A stretch of 64,000 nucleotides of DNA from Clostridia bacterium (lineage in GTDB: Bacteria > Bacillota > Clostridia > Oscillospirales > CAG-272). The notes beneath the pieces are model-generated. The model worked only from the letters and a program-made list of their open reading frames with translations. It made no database searches and was not told where the DNA came from. The DNA lies in the NCBI GenBank assembly GCA_029007295.1, contig JAQXHN010000014.1, positions 58,813 to 122,812 of the forward strand, given 5' to 3'. Below, piece by piece: positions 56,166 to 64,000 of this stretch (the first letter of the stretch is position 1; every line of letters starts with the position of its first letter). The position numbers and the translations under genes were made by a program.

Positions 56166-59100
56166 ATGATGAAAAAATTCAAACGCGTATGCGCTGTGAT
56201 TCTTTGCATCATGATGGTTATTCCTACGATGGCTTTTTCAGCTTCCGCAGCTGAAAGCCCGTGGATTTTCCTCGGCGGCAAATTCTCATCAAACGCTACG
56301 ACAATTATTTTTGACGGTGATAAGGTTCGCGATACCGGATTCACTTTCACGGAAAATGAAAACGGAGGCATAGACGTGCACTCTCCTTCCTATGAAGAGG
56401 CGGCGGGTGTATACGGCGTCAGCTTGCTTTCCAATAAAAATAAAACAACACTTGACAATTTAAGCGTTGTTATTACTCCGGGCGATACGTTTGATGCAAC
56501 CCGCGACAGCTTCGGCTTTTCCGACAGACTGAGCATTATGTTTTCGGAAAATGCAGTTACCGAGCTTTCGAGAAAAGAAGAGGGAACGGGCTCATATATC
56601 GGTCTGTACAATTATGAAATGGTCGGAACAAACGGTATCCGCCATCTTATGCCGAAAGAGGGAAATTCGCTTGTAGTATCGGTAAACAATACCTATGACG
56701 GTTATGACGGACAGATTTTCTCTGATGTAGCTATTGTAAAAGGCGACGGAGAGTTTGAAGACTATAACGATCACCGTCCCGGATACAGATGGGTATTCAC
56801 AGGCGAGACCGTCGGAGATAAGGTTACTTCTGAGTTTCTGCGTGTTGATGTATCGCGCGGACTTGTATTTGAGATAATTCCGGACACAACTCTCGGCTTC
56901 AAGGTTTCGGTTAACGGTAACGAATACTTCAGCGGTAAAAGCATAAAGTTTTTCCCCATTGACGTAGATAATTCCTTTTCTAAAAAGAGAGCCGATATCG
57001 ACCTTAGCAATTTGGTAGGTGTTCAGGGCTATTTGGCTATAGGCTCCTGCGCCGCATTCAAGAACGCTCTCGATTATACGGTTGAAAAAATTAACGGTTA
57101 CGATGCCGCAACCTGGGCAGGAGAAGCTCCTGCGGAGCATACTCATTCCTTCAACGTAACGGAAAAGGAAGTAGAATGTCTCAGCGACGGCATAGAATAT
57201 GTTGAGTGCGAATGCGGTCAGCACTATATCAGGAAAAACACAAAGCAGACCGGTCATATTTGGGCAACTAACAAGGATCCGATATTCCGTGACTGGGGAT
57301 ATTCCTTTACGGACACATATTGGTCTGAAAACATAACAAACACGTTCAGAACGTATACTTTTGTCGAATATCCTACCTGTACCGAAACCGGATTAAATCA
57401 CAAGGTTTGTAGGGTATGCGGAGAATCGGAGGATGATATTCTTCCCGCAAGAAATCATCAGGCCTTTTACATTAAGAAAGATGATAAGCAAAACGGAAAG
57501 AACAAGATATATTATGCAAACCGCTGGGGCGATTGGGAAATCACGACTCCGGCAACGGCAACAACAAAGGGCGTCAAAACAAGAACCTGTTTTATGTGCG
57601 GCGCAACCGAAACTATGGAGTATTCCAAGTGGGATGACCAAGAGGACATAAACGACAAATGGTATGTTTCGGGAGAAACAACTATTTCCCGTTCAAACGG
57701 CAATCTCACCGGTAAAGTAATCTATACAGCGGTTAATACCGACGGCAAGAGAGTTAAGACGGTTGTAGGTGAAGACGGTTCTATTTCTCTTCTTGACGCC
57801 GCCGCTCAGACGGGTGTGCTCGACGCTACTACATCGTACAACAACATTACGAAAATTACATCAAGGAACCAGTCCGATCTTAACGGCTTTTCCGCTACTG
57901 TTCAGATGATTCCGGTAAACGGAAAGTATGCGGATTCCATTAATTTCATATGGACAAACAAATATGACAGTTATAAGTATGCAGGACAGTATTCCGCAGG
58001 TTCATTCTCAAAGTCTCAAGGTTCGGCGATTGAGGATTCCCGTTTCGGATATCTGTGGGACTACTATATTCCGGGAGAAGAATATTCATTTGTTGTTACC
58101 TTGATGGACGGTCTTAATCTTTGGGACCAGTATTTCTACGGCACAATGAACGACAATATTTACGATGTTGCATTCTACAGCAGCATCTGCCGCGGCAATC
58201 TTTGGAATGTTAAGTACAGCGAAACAGGTATTAACCTTGAGACATACGACAACGAAAAGATAGCAATCGACGCTTCAGAGCCTATTTCCGTTCAGACAAA
58301 CTACTGCTACGACGAGGACGAATGCGTTCCGGATATTTTGTCGTTTGATTTAAACGGACTGCGAGTATTCGCATTGGAGATGAACGCCAGCCAGTCATAC
58401 GAAAAGATTTACCACTTCAGCACATGTGGCTTTGCGGCCGGCGCAGGCAGCAAGACCTCATCCTTTAAGCTTATCGACGTTTGCGGTCAAAGGGCGACAG
58501 ACTTTGTTTCCTTTGAAAACACCGAGGACTGCGAGCACGAGTGGGGCGAATATGTTTGGAATACCAAGGTAGTAATCCGAGACGGCAAGTATACCATAAT
58601 CAATGACGAGCCTGATTGCATTACAGAGGGTTCAAAAATTTCGACCTGTTCAAAATGCGAAGCAACAAGAAAGCTGATAATACCCGCTAAAGGCCATGAC
58701 TTCGGCAATGACGATATTATCAAGAGCCCTACCTGTACAAGCGACGGTATCGGAATGCATTATTGCAAGGTATGGTTCCTCTCTGATAAGGGAATCAATA
58801 CTCCCTGCAGCGATATAGAGTACTTCCTCATAAAGAGCAAAGGACATAAATTCGGCGAATGGGAAATTGTTGAAGAGGCAACAGACGACAAAGACGGACT
58901 TAAGAAGAGAACCTGCGAAATATGCTTGGAAGTTGAAGAAGAAAAAATTCCTGCGTTGAATCCCGTAATAGAAAATCCTTTCAAGGATTTACCGAAGGGT
59001 AAATGGTATACAGACCCCGCTCTTTGGTGCTATGCAAAGGGATATTTGACGGGACTTTCGGACACGGTGTTCGGACCCGACAACAAGCTTACAAGAGCGC

Positions 59101-59537
59101 AGTTTGTGCAGATTCTTGCAAAGGTATCAAATGCGGACCTCGACAGTATTGAATATAAGGATACGTTTAAGGACGTGCCTGAGGGCAAGTGGTACACAAA
59201 CGCAGTATTGTGGGCTTCTGAAAACGGCGTTACAAGCGGATTAGGAAACGGATTGTTCGGTACGGCTAATTATGTTACGAGAGAACAGCTCGCAACCTTC
59301 CTTTACAGCTATTCGAAGAAGGCGGGATGCGATGTTGACGCCAAGGCAGACATTACAGACTATGAAGATTACTCATCTGTTTCAACCTGGGCAAGAGACT
59401 CTTTGGCATGGGCGGTAAACGCTAAGCTGATTGCAAGTACAAGCACCGAGGCAAAGATTCTTTCGCCTAAGAATATTGCAACGCGCGGTCAGGCGGCGGT
59501 AATCATCAAAGCTCTGTGCCTGAACGTTCTTAAATGA
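56166..59537 (+). CDS. large SLH-anchored surface protein with two sets of Cys-rich zinc-ribbon-like modules
   Basis: Signal peptide. Domain (aa 30-320), Cys modules (aa 325-485), second domain (aa 490-785), Cys modules (aa 788-930), then three SLH repeats (FKDLPKGKWYTDPA, FKDVPEGKWYTNAV, YEDYSSVSTWARDSL). Confidence 0.85.
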   Translation: MMKKFKRVCAVILCIMMVIPTMAFSASAAESPWIFLGGKFSSNATTIIFDGDKVRDTGFTFTENENGGIDVHSPSYEEAAGVYGVSLLSNKNKTTLDNLSVVITPGDTFDATRDSFGFSDRLSIMFSENAVTELSRKEEGTGSYIGLYNYEMVGTNGIRHLMPKEGNSLVVSVNNTYDGYDGQIFSDVAIVKGDGEFEDYNDHRPGYRWVFTGETVGDKVTSEFLRVDVSRGLVFEIIPDTTLGFKVSVNGNEYFSGKSIKFFPIDVDNSFSKKRADIDLSNLVGVQGYLAIGSCAAFKNALDYTVEKINGYDAATWAGEAPAEHTHSFNVTEKEVECLSDGIEYVECECGQHYIRKNTKQTGHIWATNKDPIFRDWGYSFTDTYWSENITNTFRTYTFVEYPTCTETGLNHKVCRVCGESEDDILPARNHQAFYIKKDDKQNGKNKIYYANRWGDWEITTPATATTKGVKTRTCFMCGATETMEYSKWDDQEDINDKWYVSGETTISRSNGNLTGKVIYTAVNTDGKRVKTVVGEDGSISLLDAAAQTGVLDATTSYNNITKITSRNQSDLNGFSATVQMIPVNGKYADSINFIWTNKYDSYKYAGQYSAGSFSKSQGSAIEDSRFGYLWDYYIPGEEYSFVVTLMDGLNLWDQYFYGTMNDNIYDVAFYSSICRGNLWNVKYSETGINLETYDNEKIAIDASEPISVQTNYCYDEDECVPDILSFDLNGLRVFALEMNASQSYEKIYHFSTCGFAAGAGSKTSSFKLIDVCGQRATDFVSFENTEDCEHEWGEYVWNTKVVIRDGKYTIINDEPDCITEGSKISTCSKCEATRKLIIPAKGHDFGNDDIIKSPTCTSDGIGMHYCKVWFLSDKGINTPCSDIEYFLIKSKGHKFGEWEIVEEATDDKDGLKKRTCEICLEVEEEKIPALNPVIENPFKDLPKGKWYTDPALWCYAKGYLTGLSDTVFGPDNKLTRAQFVQILAKVSNADLDSIEYKDTFKDVPEGKWYTNAVLWASENGVTSGLGNGLFGTANYVTREQLATFLYSYSKKAGCDVDAKADITDYEDYSSVSTWARDSLAWAVNAKLIASTSTEAKILSPKNIATRGQAAVIIKALCLNVLK

Positions 59538-59626
59538 TAAGAATCAAGAATTATATATTCGCATGATTTCTTGAATTTGTTACCGTTTTGTACTCGGTAC
59601 GACGGGCGGCAAATTCCGATAAAGCC

Positions 59627-59668
59627 GGTAACGACGGGCAAAGCAGCCCGTCGTTACCTTGTTTTTTT
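59627..59668 (+). terminator. intrinsic terminator of the large SLH gene
   Basis: GGTAACGACGGGC-AAAGCA-GCCCGTCGTTACC (13 bp) followed by TTGTTTTTTT. A near-copy GGTACGACGGGC lies at 59596-59607. Confidence 0.85.
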
Positions 59669-59810
59669 AATATCTGTTATTGTTTGGTGACAAAACAAGC
59701 TGCTTATTTGCCCGTTTTTACCGCTGATACCCGGTGGACTTTTTGTCTCGGGATCAAAGCATACCTGAAGCTTAGATTTTATAATTATATATTCTGTCTT
59801 CAGTAACTGC

Positions 59811-59879
59811 ATAAGAAAGCTCTCCTAAATGTACAATAAGACTTTCGGTCTTTAAGTATCTTTAGGAGAGCTTTCTTAT
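59811..59879. repeat. perfect 19-bp inverted repeat with 31-nt spacer
   Basis: ATAAGAAAGCTCTCCTAAA (59811-59829) pairs with TTTAGGAGAGCTTTCTTAT (59861-59879). The spacer holds a small hairpin AAGAC-TTTCG-GTCTT. Confidence 0.9.
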
Positions 59880-59918
59880 AATGAAGCGAATAATTACTGT
59901 TTACATGTAGGGCGTTCG

Positions 59919-62255
59919 TTATTGTGTACCGTATTTAAAGTGATGTCTTTGATAGTATTGAACGTTTTCATACCGGGAAACCAGTTCAGAGATTTCCGGA
60001 TTTGGCTCCATTGACAGGGTGCCGTCGCTTGTAAGAGTCGCTCCGGTAACATGATCCACCGCGACGGTCTTTGATACATGCGTTATATACTGATTAAACG
60101 AATCGCCCTTCCAGCCGAGCATTTCAAACACTCGGCTCATTAGCATATACGCTCCGATTTTTCCTGCGTCGCCGACAAAATCGTTTCCGCTGATTCTTTT
60201 TGCTTCTTCATTTGCCCATACCACAAACGGAGTCATATAGTAATTGTAAAAGCCCTCTTCGGTGGATAAATCCAAATTTATTCCGAGCATTTTATATATG
60301 CTTGCATTATTTCCGAGCCAGGGCATATGGTCGCCGAAGAAGATAAGAATTACCGGCTCGCTGTCATATCTCAGCTCATTTATCAGTTTTTCAAGCTCGG
60401 TATTCGCACTGTCAATATTAAAGAGGTAATTGTTTAAAATATTGTATTCGCCTTCGGTATAGCCTTTGTTTTTAATATATTCGCGGTCAAACCAGCAGTA
60501 GTCCTCGGAATAAGGACTGTGTCCCTGATAGGTGATATTAAAACTGAAATAATTACCTCCGTTCTCGATACCCTTTCTGTAATTATTCAGAACGTCCGGG
60601 AACATCAGATAGTTTGTTTCATAGCGGTAATGCCCCTCGGTATTATCGAGTATGACATCATCGAAATAATAATTACTAAAGCCGAGATGCTCGTTGATAT
60701 TCCTGCGATTATAGAACCAGGAATAAGACGGATGATATCCCTGCGTGTTGTATCCCTGCGAACGTAAATACCATACATAGGAATTGGTATTTGAACGAAA
60801 TGAGGGAAGATAATTCATTCCGGTGAGAAACTGTCTTTCCGTTGTGATTGTACCCGCCGCAAAAATATCGGTTACAAGATATCCGCTGTACGATTCCTTT
60901 TGCAGCTCATGCAAGAACGAGTATACGTCGTCCGTAAATTCAAGCACGCCGAAACGGTCAAGATCCGTGTATGCTTCGAGCATAAACGAAAGAATATTAA
61001 CTCTTTTTTCCTCCGGAATATCCTCATCCTTATATTGTGAAAGAATTTTCTCGGTTTCTTTTTCATTATAATTGTCGGGAGCCGTGTCAAACGCTGTATT
61101 TAACGAATGAATAAACGGATACACAAAACCCCTTGAGATAAACTGCTGTGTTGCCGACCATTTTACGATACCGCAGGAATTGTTCTGATTTCTGATATAC
61201 GTATCCTCGGACAGATACCACTTCATTCCGAATGCGGTTACCGCCGACAGTACAATGAAAACCGTCGGACGGACATAATTCAATTTAATTTTGGCATTGA
61301 AAAGAAGGCGTCCCGCTACGGCAAAAACAAACAGAAGCACGAAGCAGATTATCATATTCGGCGTAATATTCACATCGAATTTGGACGTCATATTTCCGGC
61401 TTCGTCTATATATTTAAAATCCTCGACAAGAAAGGGGTCGTTTCTGAACAGGATTTTAAAATAGTTGACAAGCGAGAGAATCAACGTCAGAAATCCCGTT
61501 GTGAATATTGAAAATGTTACCGAATTCGATAAAAGCCATAACAGTAACGCTGTAATAAGGACCGGTAAAATATTGAGCAAAACAAGCTCGAAATGTGAAA
61601 AATAAGACTTGAAGAGCTCGGAACGCGCAGAATACGTTCGAGATGAAAAATACATTCCGACAACAGCCCAAAATGAAGAGACGGCGGCAATAAATAATAC
61701 AGACGAGGTAAAATGTACAGCACGCATCCGGATATATTTTACCCGGGAGGAGAAAAGCTTTCTGCCGAAAACATAAACCCTTGCAAAAGCCGATTGCATG
61801 ATAGGCGACGAAATGTGTCCGTATGCGGTAAAATCGCTTTTGCAAGAACATGCGTATTCCGAATAGTTAACATAATTCAAAAATTTCTTTTCGGTCTCAT
61901 CGTATTCCGAAGCGACACATTTACAGCAAAGCATAGGCTTGATTATGCTGTCGGGGTGATGAGAAAGCACAGTCATGTCTGATTCCGGAATAAAAAATTT
62001 TGCTTTTTTTGCAAAGCCTTCAATCAGCTTTTCTCTGTTTTTAAGATTCGCAAGAAACGACCATCTCTTTTCAAGATACCGCATTTCCTTTATGATATGA
62101 AAATATTTTAATATACCGAGTAAAAAATAAAACGGAGCATATTTTATCAGCGAAATCTGTCTTAACATACAGTAAAGATAGAAGGATTTTTCCGTTTTTT
62201 TTCTGTATACGCATTCTTCGAATATTATCAGCTTCAAAATTAATCCTCTTTTCAA
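59919..62255 (-). CDS. LTA synthase / sulfatase-family membrane enzyme (LtaS-like) with N-terminal extension
   Basis: Multi-TM region followed by an extracellular alkaline-phosphatase-superfamily domain (FMLEAYTD, AAGTITTERQFLTG, FFGDHMPW). The start is uncertain: TTG 62255, TTG 62237 after AGAGGA, or a later ATG. Confidence 0.75.
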   Translation of the reverse strand: MKRGLILKLIIFEECVYRKKTEKSFYLYCMLRQISLIKYAPFYFLLGILKYFHIIKEMRYLEKRWSFLANLKNREKLIEGFAKKAKFFIPESDMTVLSHHPDSIIKPMLCCKCVASEYDETEKKFLNYVNYSEYACSCKSDFTAYGHISSPIMQSAFARVYVFGRKLFSSRVKYIRMRAVHFTSSVLFIAAVSSFWAVVGMYFSSRTYSARSELFKSYFSHFELVLLNILPVLITALLLWLLSNSVTFSIFTTGFLTLILSLVNYFKILFRNDPFLVEDFKYIDEAGNMTSKFDVNITPNMIICFVLLFVFAVAGRLLFNAKIKLNYVRPTVFIVLSAVTAFGMKWYLSEDTYIRNQNNSCGIVKWSATQQFISRGFVYPFIHSLNTAFDTAPDNYNEKETEKILSQYKDEDIPEEKRVNILSFMLEAYTDLDRFGVLEFTDDVYSFLHELQKESYSGYLVTDIFAAGTITTERQFLTGMNYLPSFRSNTNSYVWYLRSQGYNTQGYHPSYSWFYNRRNINEHLGFSNYYFDDVILDNTEGHYRYETNYLMFPDVLNNYRKGIENGGNYFSFNITYQGHSPYSEDYCWFDREYIKNKGYTEGEYNILNNYLFNIDSANTELEKLINELRYDSEPVILIFFGDHMPWLGNNASIYKMLGINLDLSTEEGFYNYYMTPFVVWANEEAKRISGNDFVGDAGKIGAYMLMSRVFEMLGWKGDSFNQYITHVSKTVAVDHVTGATLTSDGTLSMEPNPEISELVSRYENVQYYQRHHFKYGTQ

Positions 62256-62368
62256 GTATCTATGAAAATTATAGCACCGAAAACATTAATAGTCAATATT
62301 CCGTATTGACTTATTTATATGCAGTTGGTATAATTGCAAGTGATAATACGCTCTCGAAAGGAGAAATC

Positions 62369-64000
62369 ATGTATAAACAATTCTTAGACAAGGGCTGGCA
62401 TATTACCTATACACCCCCCGTTGACCGTAAAGTCACGGCAAAGGATATTCCGTCCTTAGCTTCGAACTGGATGCCCTGCGATGTTCCGGGCGATATCAAT
62501 GTCGCCTTATTTAAGAACAAGGTAGTGGAGGATCCGCACTACGACACAAACGCACAGCAGCTTTATTTTGTCACCGCTAACGATTGGTGGTACAGGCTTG
62601 AATTTTCGCTCGACAGAATTTGCGACGGCAAAATGGAGATGTTTTTTGAAACGCTGGACGGAGAATGCGAGGTTTTCTTGAACGGCGAAAAGGTTATGGA
62701 GTCGACCAGCGCTTTTTATCCGCATTCGTTTAATTGCAGAGGCAAGCTCTTTACCGAAAAAAATATTTTGGCTGTCCGCTTTAAGTCTATAGACCGTCGT
62801 TTGAAATCTGCAAGATATTCCGGTCAGGTAGGCTGGAGTCAGAGAAGAACGCACCTTCGCAAGCCTCAGTTCAATTTCGGTTGGGACTGGGCGCTTCCCG
62901 TACCGTCACTCGGCATAGGCGGGCCGGTTATTTTAAAGTATGACTGCGAAGCAGAGATAGCGGATGTTAACGTGGACGCTCACACCGACGGCAGAGTCGA
63001 CTTCACCGTTGAGGTTGTTGATACCACGCTCGAACACGAGTTCGTACTTGAAGTGGAGGTGTCGGGTCACGGCTTCTCCGAAAAGAAAGTAATTCCCGCA
63101 AGAAGGCTGCAGGTATGTACTTATATCAGAATAGACAACCCAAAGCTTTGGTTCCCGAACGGCTACGGCGACCCCAATGTTTATGAATATACTGTCAGAC
63201 TTATCTCACTTGACGAGGTTCGCGATGTAAAAACCGGCTTGTTCGGCTTCCGAGACGTTAAGGTTATAGAAGAGCCCTTTACCGAGGAGGCAGGAAACGG
63301 TTACAGCTTTTGGATCAGCGTAAACGGTATTCGTGTATTCTGCAAAGGCGGTAACTGGATTCCAACGGAGATTTGGCCCGCCGTATGCAAAAAGGAGGAC
63401 CTAAAATGGTACGTTGAAAAGGCAAGAGAAGCAAATTTCAACATGCTTCGCGTTTGGGGCGGCGGTATCTACCAGCCTGATGATTTTTACAATGCATGCG
63501 ACAGAAACGGTATCATGGTATGGCAGGATTTTATGTTTGCGAGCGCCGGCTATCCTTTGCCCTTAATGCGTGAGGATATTATCGCAGAGGCAAATTATCA
63601 GATACTGCGCCTTCGCACTCATCCCTGCATTACTATGTGGTGCGGTTGCAACGAGGATTGCTTCTCATGGGTAGACAGGGTCAGCGGAGCTGTTTCATCA
63701 CAGAACGACGTTCAGGCCGAGGAGGAGGAGCCCGGCGATGAATGGCGATATGACAGACTTAAGTATGACCCTGAATTATATTCTATGATATTAAGGGGAC
63801 TTGTAAGCAAGCATTGTCACGGCACGCCGTATGTTGAGTCAAGCCCTCAGGCAAGGGACGGCGCAGGAAATCAGCCTAACTCCGGCAACGCTCATATTTC
63901 CTGTTGGAAATTTGCACTTTTTGATGTTGTCGGCGATATGTCCTTCCGCGATCATTTTAAAAGAGTCTGCTCATTTGACTCGGAATTCTGCATCCAGGGT
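62369..64000 (+). CDS. glycoside hydrolase family 2, beta-mannosidase-like (3'-truncated at window edge)
   Basis: Not in the ORF track because there is no stop in the window. Manual translation MYKQFLDKGWHITYTPP...ANDWWYRLEF...FNFGWDWALPVP...NMLRVWGGGIYQPDDFYNACDRNGIMVWQDFMFA. GGAGAA RBS before ATG 62369. Confidence 0.85.
   Translation, partial: MYKQFLDKGWHITYTPPVDRKVTAKDIPSLASNWMPCDVPGDINVALFKNKVVEDPHYDTNAQQLYFVTANDWWYRLEFSLDRICDGKMEMFFETLDGECEVFLNGEKVMESTSAFYPHSFNCRGKLFTEKNILAVRFKSIDRRLKSARYSGQVGWSQRRTHLRKPQFNFGWDWALPVPSLGIGGPVILKYDCEAEIADVNVDAHTDGRVDFTVEVVDTTLEHEFVLEVEVSGHGFSEKKVIPARRLQVCTYIRIDNPKLWFPNGYGDPNVYEYTVRLISLDEVRDVKTGLFGFRDVKVIEEPFTEEAGNGYSFWISVNGIRVFCKGGNWIPTEIWPAVCKKEDLKWYVEKAREANFNMLRVWGGGIYQPDDFYNACDRNGIMVWQDFMFASAGYPLPLMREDIIAEANYQILRLRTHPCITMWCGCNEDCFSWVDRVSGAVSSQNDVQAEEEEPGDEWRYDRLKYDPELYSMILRGLVSKHCHGTPYVESSPQARDGAGNQPNSGNAHISCWKFALFDVVGDMSFRDHFKRVCSFDSEFCIQG

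Noticed and set aside
56592-57257. 221-aa minus-strand ORF.
   Set aside because: It is antisense to the large SLH protein gene, which has a signal peptide, repeats and SLH domains in the plus frame.
59654-59812. 52-codon minus-strand ORF with an SD, listed as a gene.
   Set aside because: The SD arises automatically from the inverted repeat. The peptide has no hydrophobic or recognisable features, and the ORF overlaps the convergent terminator. It is mentioned only as a hypothesis in the findings.
61750-62255. The N-terminal ~165 aa of the LtaS-like protein looked like a degenerate HAD-IB phosphatase fold (IFEECVYRKK.. in place of FDFDxT).
   Set aside because: The resemblance rests on a few residues recalled from memory, the catalytic aspartates are absent, and the true start codon is uncertain. 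It cannot be supported without an HMM search.
1-64000. CRISPR arrays, tRNA/rRNA genes, transposases, integrases and prophage remnants.
   Set aside because: No regularly spaced repeats, no cloverleaf-like or rRNA-like segments, and no recombinase-like ORFs were seen in any frame. Intergenic regions are accounted for by promoters, terminators and the elements listed.

Overview
This is a 64-kb chromosomal segment from a spore-forming Firmicute of the class Clostridia. The ribosomal protein sequences, dpaAB, spoVG, ytvI and four SLH-domain surface proteins suggest an Oscillospiraceae/Ruminococcaceae-like organism, but no search was possible. The left 8.8 kb is the distal part of the spc/alpha ribosomal-protein operon (rpsN-rpsH-rplF-rplR-rpsE-rpmD-rplO-secY-adk-map-infA-rpmJ-rpsM-rpsK-rpsD-rpoA-rplQ). 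The rest is a mix of housekeeping and cell-envelope loci: putP plus a TetR gene, a YhaO/YhaN-type nuclease/ATPase pair, rbfA-nrnA-truB, a GT8-GT8-acyltransferase-acyltransferase operon, a MarR plus heterodimeric ABC exporter, dpaAB, nifS and murC, spoVG, a partial exopolysaccharide locus (epimerase, Wzz-like modulator, BY-kinase, CapD), an LtaS-like enzyme and a truncated GH2 beta-mannosidase-like gene. I saw no rRNA, tRNA, CRISPR array, transposase or integrase. The most interesting signal is a canonical T-box leader on the minus strand (about 55025-54755). It controls a tightly packed seven-gene operon: acyl-CoA ligase, Na+/solute symporter, IorA, IorB, PaaK-type ligase, ACT protein and aminotransferase. 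Regulation by uncharged tRNA argues that this 'catabolic-looking' gene set runs in the anabolic direction, salvaging arylacetate into an aromatic amino acid, probably Tyr. Four other signals are notable. A Wzz/CpsC-like modulator carries the tyrosine cluster that its partner BY-kinase lacks. An orphan consensus promoter plus intrinsic terminator brackets about 200 nt of non-coding sequence, a candidate sRNA. infA has no canonical start codon. A perfect 28-bp tandem duplication copies a promoter core. All calls rest on reading the sequence and recalled family signatures; no database or folding computation was run.
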